From Basidiobolus meristosporus CBS 931.73 (taxonomy: Eukaryota; Fungi; Basidiobolomycota): DNA of 64,000 nt. A program made the position numbers and the translations under genes. Under the pieces are notes generated by a model that searched no databases, was not told the DNA's origin, and saw only the letters and a list, made by a program, of their open reading frames with translations. This document shows, piece by piece, positions 14,337 to 25,735 of the stretch (its first letter is position 1; the number at the start of each line of letters is the position of its first letter). Location of the stretch: the NCBI GenBank assembly GCA_002104905.1, contig MCFE01000264.1, positions 1 to 64,000 on the forward strand. The letters run 5' to 3'.

Positions 14337-16871
14337 ATGATGATTACTAATGATGCTCCTTTGAAATCCGCTGCAATTGTTAACAAGTTGTTGGCACTTC
14401 GACCGAAACCCAACGTGCCTCGAAATGAAACCCACAAGCCTATTACATGTCTCCGAGTAGAGACTTCCACTGTTACCAAGGAGGTCAATAAGTTTCGTGC
14501 ATGTGATGGATATTCTTGCTTTTACTGCCGTGAGTGGGCCCAGCTCCTACAGCGTAAACATTTCCCCTCAGCTGCCCGTATTCGCAAGGAGTCTATGCTG
14601 ACCATTAATTTTGCCCAACCTATCCCTCGTGAGAGAGTGTCTGGCTTCTGCTCGAAATTGGAGCAAAATGTCCAAGCAAAATTGAGCAAAGACAGTAATT
14701 TCGACAACACCATCATTTCATATGTTGCCGATTCGGTAGATGCTTGGCTTCAAAGAACCCCATCTACCTTTGAAACCCTCAACACCAAATTTGCTCCCAT
14801 TAATTTCGATATCTCCCCCGACAATGTCCCATTGACCGAGACCAAGGAGGATCCAGTTCACATTCTGAACAAGGTGGAAGCGGAGAAATTCCACCTGGCC
14901 CTAACTGAAGAGGATTTCCCATTGTTGCGCACCATGACTCCAGCCGTGATGGCCTCACTCGTTACTCCTGATTGCCATCATACAAGGCCCGATTACAGTA
15001 CCCTTGCTGATTTGGAGGCATCTCGCCGTTCGATCAACGAGGTCCTGGAGAAGGTCTACAAGGAGTGTGGCCACGACGTCGAGCAGGCTGTTGATTCTTT
15101 GTGGAGCTCCACATCCCAGCTCCTCAAAGAGATGAAGGAATTCGAGGCTGCTAGAGTTCAAGCAGTGGCCGATGGTTGCTTCGCCAAATCTGTCGAGTTC
15201 AGCCAGACCCATCAAGATCTGTTGATCGGGTTCAACGAATATTGGAATACCATAGTCGAAAACCACAAGAAAAAGAGCAAGAAGCTCTTCGCCAAGGCTG
15301 TCAGCTCCGATCAGGTGGATGCTTCCTTCTATGATTTCCTTGATCGCTTGAAGAAGAGCTGTGATTTATGGAACAGCGAGTTCTTGGCTTCTCAGGTTGC
15401 TACTGTTCGTCGTCTGGTCGAGAGCATTTCCAAAGCATGCTACAGTCGCATCAATGTTACCCGTGATCATCTGAGATTCGCAAACACCGAGGATGCCGCC
15501 CTCCAGTTGAAGCTTAAGAGCATCTTGACTAGACTGGAGGAGTTCTCCAACCGTGTGGAGGCTGGGCTGAGCAAATTGGAGGCCGAGTTCGAATCTCGAG
15601 TGGCTGAGATCTCTTCAGAAATTGAAGCGATCAAAGGCATTTGGCAGACCGAATCGCAACCCACCACCCAGGGGCGTCTTGAAAAAGCCGCCAATAAGGA
15701 ATTCAAGAAACGCATCAAGCGTGTCGAGTCGCTGGCATCATCCACTCGCTCCTGGTCAATCACCCATATGAAGACCCTGATCACTCCCGAGACTCTGGTA
15801 GAGTTGTTGATTCCCACATTAGAAGTTCAGATGATGGATACGGAGTACTTCGAGACCACCACCGTCGAGAATTTGTTGAGAAATCATTCCTCGGTCATTG
15901 AGGAGGTCACCTCACGCCGTGAACAGGTTTGGGAGGAGTTTGTCCGAGGTGTCAACGTTGGTAGAGCAGTCCTCGGATCTGTTCTTGGTAAACTATTCCT
16001 TAAGGAGGGCTTGAGACAGATTGAAGACCGTGTGGCTGCACACAAGGAGAAATGGCTTTTGGAACAAATTGAGGATGAGGTCGTGGAGGTGACTGAACCC
16101 AAGAAAAAGACCAGAAAGAGCAAGAAGGCCTCCTCGGAGGTTTCTAGCCCTACTGACGAGCAAAAGCCTGAAGTCAACTTTGTAAAGGCCGTTAACTCTA
16201 GCCCAGTAATTGGGGTTCCCAAACTTGAGGTGGACATTGACTCCGAAACTGTTTCCACTGTAAGTGTAGATTCGATGCCACACACACCTGTTGACGCCAA
16301 AGCTCAGTCAAGCATTCACGAAGCAATCAAGGCTACCGAAAACCTCCCTTCATTGCCTGAAGAGGTGGACAGGCTACTCTCCGAGCCATCAGCTGATTCC
16401 TCGGTCGGAGAGCTCAATTCAATGAGCCAAGCAGAGCTAATCAACTTGGTAACATCTCTGCGGAAGGAAAATTCCTCTTTAACAAGTACATTAGCCGCCA
16501 TCAGAAGTGAATTCACTTCACTTTCTACACAATGCACCACACTAGCTCAAGCACTTCGTCAGCAAGAGGAATATGTTCAGGTTAAGGAGCAGGAGTATCT
16601 TAAATCCATTTCACTGAAGGAGAGCGAGATGGAGAACGCTCGTCGTTACGTAGCTGCTATGGAACAGCGTATCACTCTGTTGGAGCGGGATCACCCAGTC
16701 AATCAACCTAGTAACTCGCGTCCATCAACCCCTGCTTTGGTTGCAGAGATGTCAAGACTGGCATACAAGCCAAGCACCAGCAACTTGCGTCACGAAATTG
16801 AGCTTAGCGACGATGAAGACTTCGAAATTGACAGACAGGAAGTACCCGAGCAAAAAGCGATTGAGGCCTAA
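14337..16871 (+). CDS. Uncharacterised 844-aa helical/coiled-coil protein, single exon
   Basis: Uninterrupted 2.5-kb ORF with host-like codon usage. N-terminal CDGYSCFYC motif, basic patch KKKTRKSKK, Ser-rich linker and C-terminal heptads. No family recognised. Confidence 0.85.
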   Translation: MMITNDAPLKSAAIVNKLLALRPKPNVPRNETHKPITCLRVETSTVTKEVNKFRACDGYSCFYCREWAQLLQRKHFPSAARIRKESMLTINFAQPIPRERVSGFCSKLEQNVQAKLSKDSNFDNTIISYVADSVDAWLQRTPSTFETLNTKFAPINFDISPDNVPLTETKEDPVHILNKVEAEKFHLALTEEDFPLLRTMTPAVMASLVTPDCHHTRPDYSTLADLEASRRSINEVLEKVYKECGHDVEQAVDSLWSSTSQLLKEMKEFEAARVQAVADGCFAKSVEFSQTHQDLLIGFNEYWNTIVENHKKKSKKLFAKAVSSDQVDASFYDFLDRLKKSCDLWNSEFLASQVATVRRLVESISKACYSRINVTRDHLRFANTEDAALQLKLKSILTRLEEFSNRVEAGLSKLEAEFESRVAEISSEIEAIKGIWQTESQPTTQGRLEKAANKEFKKRIKRVESLASSTRSWSITHMKTLITPETLVELLIPTLEVQMMDTEYFETTTVENLLRNHSSVIEEVTSRREQVWEEFVRGVNVGRAVLGSVLGKLFLKEGLRQIEDRVAAHKEKWLLEQIEDEVVEVTEPKKKTRKSKKASSEVSSPTDEQKPEVNFVKAVNSSPVIGVPKLEVDIDSETVSTVSVDSMPHTPVDAKAQSSIHEAIKATENLPSLPEEVDRLLSEPSADSSVGELNSMSQAELINLVTSLRKENSSLTSTLAAIRSEFTSLSTQCTTLAQALRQQEEYVQVKEQEYLKSISLKESEMENARRYVAAMEQRITLLERDHPVNQPSNSRPSTPALVAEMSRLAYKPSTSNLRHEIELSDDEDFEIDRQEVPEQKAIEA

Positions 16872-17554
16872 AGTGTCTCAATACCCCATCCACATTCTAC
16901 ACATTCAATATTTTTGCTCTTATCCCTATGTAACATCTAATATTCTTTGTACATCAAATATTTGGTTTACGTGTTTAATTTCGATATTCTTGAATATCAG
17001 CCATTGGATTCGCCTGAACATGGATGTGAATGCATTCCCATTGTGATGGCTACCCAATGCTAGATCAATCTTTGATGCACCAACCTATGTTATAGATAGT
17101 ATGTACTCCGTAATTGAAGTCAGTAGTTTATTGGCCTCCATATTTAAATCATTAAAAATAGTCTCCACATACCGCGTAGCACTTGCAACTAAATGCCAAA
17201 CAATCATAAAAGCTTGTGAACTTGGACATCTTCAGAGCCCATCACAGGGAGCAGCGGTCAGATTGCTGATGCGTGGTAGTGGCCGCACTACAGGTTACAA
17301 CAACACTGCTCACTACAACCATTGCAAACTGACCCAATGGGGTTATTTGGCGCAACACTTCGCAGTTTGCTTTGATTGGATGGGTTTATTTTGATGGTAT
17401 CTTCTTTACAAGGTATGAACATGTTGGAAGGTGTGTAATGAAAATTCGATATCATTTGGAAAAGGGGTCGGTTAGTCGAACAAGATGCAATGCATTTTTC
17501 GAACGTAGCAACATGGGCTTCGCCTAACCATATATCCTATTACTTATCATCAAA

Positions 17555-19337
17555 TCAATGCATGGTAGGCATGTTAACGCTGTTCAATCCAGCTTCAGCA
17601 TCTTCAGAGCGCCACAAAGAGGTAACAGTCTTAGTAGATGTGTAGAACTGGAGACCGCTCTTTCCGTAGAAGTTCAAGTCTCCAACAATGGAGCCGCGGG
17701 AACCAGTGAAAGAGAACATTGGCAATGGCACAGGGATAGGGACGTTGATACCAACCTGTCCAACATCGATTTCTTCTTGGAATTTACGAGCAACTGAACC
17801 AGATCTGGTAAAGATGGCGGTTCCGTTGCCATAACGGTTGTTGTTGATAATATCAATGGCCTCTTCCATTGTATCCACATTCAAGCAGACCAAAACAGGC
17901 CCGAAGATCTCTTCTTGATAACACTTCATATTGGTCTTGACATCAGCCAAGATCGTAGGTCCAACAAAGTTGCCATTCTCGTACTTGGGAACCTTAATTC
18001 CTCGGCCATCGAGAAGAAGGCTAGCACCTTCGTCAACACCGGATTGAATCAAGGATTCAACTCGCTCCTTAGCTTGAACGGTGATAAGAGGGCCGAGATC
18101 GGCGTCTGGTTCGAAACCACTGGTAACTTTGAGTTTGTTGGCGCGCTCAATGAGCTCTGGTAACCACTCCTTGGACTTTCCGACAAAGATGGCAGTGGAA
18201 AGGGCCATGCAGCGCTGCCCAGCGGCGCCAAAGGCAGCACCGGTAAGCTGGTTGAGAACGTGGTTTTTATCGGCATCAGGCATAATGACACCATGATTTT
18301 TGGCACCCAGGTTAGCTTGGACACGCTTGCCATTTGCGGTACCGCGGTTGTAGATGTATTTTCCTGCATGGTCAGAGCCAACAAAGCTGATGGCCTTGAT
18401 GTTGGGATCATCGCAAATGAAATTCACTGTGTCGACACTTCCGTGAACCACGTTCAGAACACCCTTGGGGATTCCAACCTGTTCGGCCAACTCGGCAAGA
18501 ATCATCATGGCTCCGGGATCACGTTCGGAGGGCTTGATGATGCATGTGTTACCGCATGCAATAGAAAGTGGGAACATCCAAAGAGGAATCATGGCAGGGA
18601 AATTGAAGGGGGTGATACCAGCGGTGACGCCAAGGGGTTCTTTGATGGTATATGTATCCATATCCTTGGATACACTCAACAACTCGCCTTTCATATAATC
18701 AGTAATACCGCAGGCATGCTCAACAACCTCTGGAAATAGGGCAAGCAGTGGGTAAGAATCCTGATTCACAAATCCAGAGCGCCTGTAACCACTTACGTAA
18801 ACCTCTAAGAACATCTCCCTGAGCATCCTTGAATGTTTTTCCTTGCTCAGTAACAATGGAGCTAGCAATACGATCCTAAGTTGCACAGCTGTCAGGTTAA
18901 TTCGCCCAAAACTGAAGTCTAGATGCTTCTCGGCCATACCATGTTTTCACGGATAGCCAACTGGAGATCCAGAAGCTTTCTCTGTCTGGAGAGAAGAGAG
19001 GTTTTCTTCCAGGTTTTGAACGTATCCTGGGCAACGCGCGAGGCCTCCTTCAACTCTTCTGGTGTGGACTGAGGCACTCTGGTAACAATCTCTTGCGTAG
19101 CGGGGTTTCTTAGCTCAATCCATTCCCTGGTTTGTGACTCGATGAACTCGCCATTAATGTACATTTTGGTGGTAGGTTCCGTGCCAGTAGACAGCTTTCT
19201 CAAAGCTGCGACTGCAGAGATTTTCTTCAGTCCATTTACTTGACGTAGGCTAAGCAACAGTGTCAGCAAGCGAAACTTAGTTGGCATATGAAGAGAAACG
19301 CTTACCCAATGGATGCAGACTTTGTTAAGAGGACCAT
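17555..19337 (-). CDS. ALDH6A1: Mitochondrial methylmalonate-semialdehyde dehydrogenase (CoA-acylating), 4 exons
   Basis: Presequence [15 protein letters not shown].., [43 protein letters not shown] (catalytic Cys), EEIFGP and [24 protein letters not shown]. Introns near 19251-19306, 18879-18940 and 18735-18799. Confidence 0.96.
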
Positions 19338-21860
19338 GATTGAGTGAAAAGCGATGAGCGGTTTGGGGGAAATGTGGGCGAGAAGCTGCTATACAAAATG
19401 ATATGAGCAGAGGAGGCTTGTTTGTTCCGGTATATACGCTGTGCCTTAATATATAGGTTCCAATGGATGCCAAAAGCCTCCAGTATGGGAAAAAGTGATG
19501 TGACCGGCAATAGGAATTCAAGGAAATCCATGTAAGCAATCAATATATTAAGATCAGCCTGTAACCGTGCAATCATTCTATTCGCCCGGTGCTATTCGTT
19601 GGCCTAGAATGGAGATGCTTCCAAACCGTATTGCAAGTCACTTCAATCTCGTGAGTGGAGGGATGAACTCATGATTTGCCACCAATGCGTGCACCAACAG
19701 CAGAGCCATCCTGGCCAGATTGGTTTGAACAATTGGTCCAAACAGATGGGGAAGTAACCACAGTCGCCAGGGATTCAGAGCCAGCCTCATACATTGTTTA
19801 AGCTGGAGGTGGATTTCCAGGGGACAAATGTTTAGGATCAATAATTGTAGCATAATTTACAGGTTTAGGGAGTACATATTCACGGCATTTATGATGCCAT
19901 ATATTGTGCCATATGGATTCCTCGCCAACGTAATCATTTTACCCACGCTCAAAGGCCTTCCCCAAAGAGAACCCAAGCAGTACGGGGTGGCTTTGCTTAA
20001 AAAAGAATGAGGCAATACCAGGCTAAGCAAACTAAAACAAAGGGCTGAATGGGACCTGAGATGCCCTCATGACAAGGATGATCCTAATGATGGAGTCTTC
20101 AGCACGCTACTTCATTCGTAGAAATTCCAACACTCTCACGATGCTGACCAGCCGTGGGAAAATGGGGGACAGGTACTGATTCCAGTTTAGCAGTGCTGCT
20201 TTATTCATAATAGGTTAAGTGGTTTTACTAAACTATGCGGCATGTACGTTGGGTTTCACTTAGGCAAACGTGTGAACCCTCTAGAAGACTTCTCACCAAT
20301 CCGTCCCGGTGAAGATAATGCTGCTTCGCGCGTTCCGTCACTTTAAAGCCGTGATGAGTGTGGGAACTAGTATTTACTCAGCAATTGGCCATTAACTAGG
20401 GCATTCTTCAAAATCACCTTCATGGTGCGTGATGTGGATTTTATTTGGTTTATTAAACATCGTAAATATGACTTAATCATATCGATAATTGAGTAGTGCT
20501 ACGTTGCCTGAACGCCAGGAGACATTATATCCGCTGTGTTGATTGCAGCCGATCTTGTAGGAATTCATCTGTAATTTTATCGAATGCTGTTATGCTGTTA
20601 CGCTCATGCTAGTATTTACATCAAGATACAGCTCCCTCGTTAATCTAAAGGTGTCGTCAGCCACCTGGTTTCCCTTACTATTGGTGTATTGCAGCAAGCC
20701 TGTCGTGATGCCTCTCTAATAAAGCATATTAAACGGTCCACGCCAGCTACCATTTGCTGTCTCTCCGCACTTGCTCCGAAAGGGTAACTTCTTTATTCGA
20801 AAAATAGAGAAAGTAACTATGCTCGATGCTGTCTTTTAGGAAATGGTAACGTTTCTTAATCATAAGCTCTATTGGCAGCATGCTGAAAGCAACCCTTGTT
20901 TTCTCGAGGAGATTAAGAAGTGCCTTGCAAATAGTTGCACACAGGTCAAGATTTATATTCCAGTATGTGAAGTTGCAAAACTATGCTACTGAAACTGGCT
21001 GCACATTACTCAGCCCCAAGTTGATAGAGAGCCCACACTTGCTCTAGCCATCAAACATAGTGTCCCATTATTTTGTTTGGTAAAACCCACACTGATGCTC
21101 AAGTTTACGTGATGCAGCACGAGGAGCTAATACTATATACTACGGGCTCCACGGGTATAATGATAACAAACCTGTACGCTTCCGAAAGGGTCTAATCGGC
21201 GTAGTTGTATTAAACAGCTGTCCCGGGTCAATGCATAGCGTAGTTGAGCTTTCCACTGTTTCCAATATTGTTCCTATATGTTGGTCCAGTGCGACAACAT
21301 TGTAGCCAAAAAGATAGCGATTCGTGCTGTCCAGTCTATACATCAAACTATACACAGCCAAGTGCTGAGCGGTGAAATTCAGAACCGACGTCCTACTAGG
21401 CAATCTCGCTTCATGCGACTATTGGAAGACCATGTATCAGGGATAGACAGCAAGTTGGGTATAGGTAACGTTGATTCAGGAGTAGACTGTTGACTGTTTT
21501 GTCACACCGAAGAATATGTTGCCTTCGAGCGGGAAATCTGTCTTGTAAGACACAAGCATGGCCATCTGCCTTGTACATAAAGAAAAGTATAGCAGAGCCG
21601 GTCTACTTTATTTATTATTATTGTTATTGCCACTATCCCAGTTGTAGGCTTGACCTCGGACTTCCGCCCATAATAGTAGTGATATGGCGGTGGAGTAATC
21701 GTTTATTTTTGTTTTGACTGAATCCAGTTTAGCCAATGGCAGACGATCAAAGCGGGATAAATAAATGATATCTTATGAATTCGCTTGTACCAAAGAATAC
21801 CAGAGTGCTACTTCATATTGTTTACTTTAACCTCTCACACCTGCCTACCAAAAAAACCTC

Positions 21861-22595
21861 ATGGCTTCGAGACTTGTCACTACTACACCACATCGTCGAC
21901 GGGGGCAAATCACCCTTCCCAAACTAGAAGATGAACGAACTTCAGTTTGTGATTTGCTTGAGAACCCCATAGGGGAGCTTCTCACCTCCTTCCAAACTCT
22001 TCACACAAATTTCGAACAAATGCGAGAGATAAATGATTCCCTGACAGAATTCAACTTATCCTTTGGTGGTTTTCTACAAGGACTTCAACTAAATGCCGTG
22101 TGTGTCGAGTTCCCCGAAGCGCCCAACGAGGAATCGTTCAGACTTCCAGAATATGAAGCAGAAGTAGCAAAGGTAGACACAGCCCCAGTGTCTTCTGAAG
22201 CCCTAGCTGTTGAAGAAGCAACCGAACCAACCGTACCAATGGATGTGGATGCTTCCGAGAAGCCCTTAGCAAAGAAGCAAGAGAAAGCCGCACCTAAGCC
22301 AGTGGTGAAAAAGGTGGCCGCGTTTCCTTTAAAAAAGATATTGGACAGTCTACCTGATAGATACCGTGAGCAAAACCATCGGAAGAACATCGAGGCCATT
22401 CTAAAACTCCTACGAAAATCTCCAGATGGCGTGTATCTCCAAGATATTATGAAGTTCACGGACACTCCCAAGAATTGGTGCAACATTTACTTGAACATGC
22501 TTTGTAATCAGAAACACCTGGAAAAGATATCGAGAAAAGGCCTGCTCTACCGTTTAGATTTGGTGAAGTATCCTCCTTTGAAGCCTGCGAAATGA
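21861..22595 (+). CDS. DAM1: DASH/Dam1 kinetochore complex subunit Dam1 with C-terminal extension
   Basis: ELLTSFQTLHTNFEQMREINDSLTEFNLSFGGFLQGLQLNAVCVEFPEAP matches the Dam1 core pattern as I recall it (L..NF..L..I.ESL..FN.S...L.G...N..CV.F..AP). Intronless. Confidence 0.88.
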   Translation: MASRLVTTTPHRRRGQITLPKLEDERTSVCDLLENPIGELLTSFQTLHTNFEQMREINDSLTEFNLSFGGFLQGLQLNAVCVEFPEAPNEESFRLPEYEAEVAKVDTAPVSSEALAVEEATEPTVPMDVDASEKPLAKKQEKAAPKPVVKKVAAFPLKKILDSLPDRYREQNHRKNIEAILKLLRKSPDGVYLQDIMKFTDTPKNWCNIYLNMLCNQKHLEKISRKGLLYRLDLVKYPPLKPAK

Positions 22596-24191
22596 CAGCG
22601 CACGTAGTCTCGCGTTTGTCAATATGATTACTGGTTTCCTGTGTAATATTCCACATTTATTTACTACTCCAAGATTTTTGTAAGGACCATACATCACGTC
22701 ACTTTCTTTTTGCCTTGAAGGCTGCTATTTGATATACGTAGATCCCAGGCCTGGTTATGAAGCATAACCCCTATAGCTTAAGCAAAGACCTGGAAAGACT
22801 GCGGCCATATATAGGGCCGATAGAATTCCATCGTATGCTCAGCTATTTGTGTACCTTTGACCAACCACACCGGTTGCTATCAAATAAAATGTTGCCTTTT
22901 GTTCCATTTCACCTCGGGCGAGGGTCAGCGTTGGAAAGTATACGCAAATGCGAGGAGCGGTGGCAGGAGACTACTGCCATATGTAAATGTTTCCAACGAT
23001 GGAAACCGTAACAAGGGCTGCCCCTTGAGTGATTATCCAGTATTTGAACTTGGGTTCTAAATCCCCTCTTCGGAACCAGCGTGTCTACCGTCGAAACATT
23101 GAGGTTAGCGATGCGCGCCTTGAGGGAAGTATGTTTAGAACACATGTACCACTTGTATCTGGCAGCTGGCGAAGATTAGCAAGCTGACACCAAAGAATAT
23201 ATGCCAGACCGAACGAGAAAAGCCGTTTATGAACGACAGCAATACCGTAGTAAAGCTAGTTAAAACAACTAAACAGTCTAGTAATTGCTCCAGAGGTGTC
23301 GACTTCAGGAGTTTGCAAAGATAAGTATGCGTGCATGTATGAACGTATTGTCCTAAGCAGCACTTACATGGGCACGATACTCCAAGAACTTGGTTTGTAC
23401 TTTTTGCAGTTGCAACATTAGGGCCTCACTGGAAAAAGGCGTCCGTTACTTTATCAATTTCCGGAGTAACGATGATGATTGGCAGGTCCACTAAATACAC
23501 TAATGTGTATTTTATTGCCACTAATGTATATGAGGCGGCATCACATTGTTGCTTACCAATCATCTGATGAGTGGCATTCGAGGGGTGAATTTGCTTTCGA
23601 TTTTGATTGCCAGGCATCGACAGTTGGAATCAATATTGTTCTGACATCTTACGAAAATCCCTTCAACTAATCCCACGTGTTCCTTGCTTTGGCGCATGCC
23701 TGGGTCGTAACCAGCGAAAGAAATAAGGGGGATGAAGCTAGATTTCTGCACGATTGCATATCGTAATCCACTTGATGTTATGATAAACTGCTTTGTTGGT
23801 CACTATTAAGTATCAAGCATCACTGCTATATTGCGTTTCGATATCATTACCCTGATGTATTTCTGTATTAGCATTGACAATGATCATTTATTGTTGATGT
23901 AGAGGGATAGCCCTGCTCTTGAAGGCCCCCAAATAACTCACAGCTAGGCCAAATGGCTGTGAAATGCTGCCAAGATACATCAAGCATTGACATTACTACA
24001 TTTTACAAATGCCTGGTTTTGCTCATGGGTCTTGTGGCATGTGTTAGAAATTAGTTGTCATTTTATCAACTCCTTAGAATTGTTCATACCCTGAAAACAC
24101 TTGGAGCTTTGCATACACCCTCTGAAGGTCTTCCCTTACATGTTATTGAGAAGTTGAGAATATTTCACAAAAAGTGGGGCTACCCTATTTG

Positions 24192-24378
24192 TGTTGTAAA
24201 ATTTGTAATTACACCTGAATATTCACCTAACTTGGTCACTTAGATCATTACTGACAAATCTCAGAAAATTAAGACCAAATTCCTTGTTGGAATTTACTTC
24301 GATTATTTTCACCAAAATATCAGGTACCCAGAACATGAGATTTCTCAAAGTTGTCCAAAAAGCCCCAAACACCAAGCC
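24192..24378 (+). mobile_element. Truncated solo LTR of the copia family seen at 55-59.7 kb
   Basis: Starts TGTTGTAAAA and aligns with the first ~190 nt of the element-sense LTR. Confidence 0.85.
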
Positions 24379-24407
24379 TAAGAAGTGCAGGGCAAGAGAG
24401 TTGATGC

Positions 24408-25093
24408 TGTTGTAAGAGTATTAGAGATATGAAAGTGATTGGGAGAACCAGTAGATCATATGGTTTTCACTTGATGATTTATTGAATGTAAGAGTAGTAT
24501 TTATACTTTTACATGGTTTTGGCCTAACAAACCCGTAGAATAGGTTCAGTAAGGTCCTAAGAGTACGTGTGCAAAGTTTGGAGTGGTTTGGACAACTTTG
24601 AGAATTCTTATGTTCTAGGTACCTGATATTTTGGTGAAAATATTCCAAGTAAATCCTGACAAGGAATTTGGTCAGTTATTCTCCAAGATTTTTCAGTAAT
24701 GATCTAAGTGCTGTAAGAGTCTTGGAGATATTGGAAGTGATTGGGAGGACAAGTAGATTATGTAGTTTTCACATAATGATTTACTGAATGTAAAAGTAGT
24801 ATTTATACTTTTACATAGTCTTGGCATTACAAACACGTAGAATAGATTAAGGAAGGTCCCAAGAGCATGTGTGCAAAGTTTTGGGCTGTTTGGATAACTC
24901 TGAGAATTTGCATGTTCTGGGTAAATATTCTAAGTAAATCCCGACAAGGAATTTGGTCAGTATTCTCTAGGATTTGAAGGTAATGATCTAAGTGACTAAG
25001 TTAGGTGAATATTTGTGTGGAATTACGAATTTTTACAATACTAAGTGACTAAGTTAGGTGAGTATTTAGGTGGAATTACAAATATTTACAACA
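24408..25093 (-). mobile_element. Solo LTR with a second solo LTR (24709-25040) nested inside it
   Basis: Outer copy TGTTGTAAG...TTACAACA is flanked by GATGC/GATGT. Inner copy TGCTGTAAG...TTACAATA is flanked by a perfect CTAAG/CTAAG, after which the outer LTR resumes. Confidence 0.9.
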
Positions 25094-25280
25094 GATGTTT
25101 GGTAGAAAAGCTGCTTAATGACTGTTGCAAAGCTTTTGAGAGTATCCAAAGCAACCTGAAGCATTAGAGGAATTGGACATTACTCACAGGTTACTTTATT
25201 GATTTCAAACAAAGTATATCTGCTTCTCAGGAAGTTTGTAAGACTGATGGTAATTGTGCCTTGAGAAAGGTCACAGGTGT

Positions 25281-25735
25281 GGAAAGAGTTTTGGACATAT
25301 TGAAAGTGATTGATAGAGCAAACAGATTATGTAATTCCCATGTATTGATTTATCAAATGCAAGTGTAGTATTTGTACAATTATATGATCTTGTTGCATGA
25401 TTCTAAAGAGTAGTTGAAGTAATCAGGAGAACTAGAAGAATTGCATGATATTCATTTGCTGTTGTATTGAGTTGAAATGAGGTATTTGTTGTGTCAGGAG
25501 AGCTTTGCAAAACTGATACTAGTAATGCTTTAAGGAATATCTCAAGTACATGTGTGCAAAGTCTGGGGGTGCTTGAATAACTTTGAAATATTTCATGTCC
25601 TGGGCACCTAATGCTTTAGTGAAGTATTCTAAGTAAACCCCAACAAGGAATTTGTCCAGAGTTCTCTAAGATTTGTAGACTTTGATCTAAGTTACTAAGT
25701 CAAGTGAGTACTTTGGTGACAAAATTTACAATACC
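25281..25735 (-). mobile_element. Older degenerate LTR fragments of the same family
   Basis: Recognisable blocks such as gaaagtgattg..agattatgt, catgtgtgcaaagt and aagtaaaccccaacaaggaattt, with many substitutions. Confidence 0.7.

Noticed and set aside
14306-19576. Numerous 60-160 aa ORFs overlapping the 844-aa gene and MMSDH
   Set aside because: These are antisense or alternate-frame shadows of strongly biased real genes, with no independent motifs.
24192-25735. Regularly recurring repeats that could suggest a CRISPR or satellite array
   Set aside because: The units are ~350-bp LTR copies with TG...CA ends and TSDs, in a eukaryotic context.
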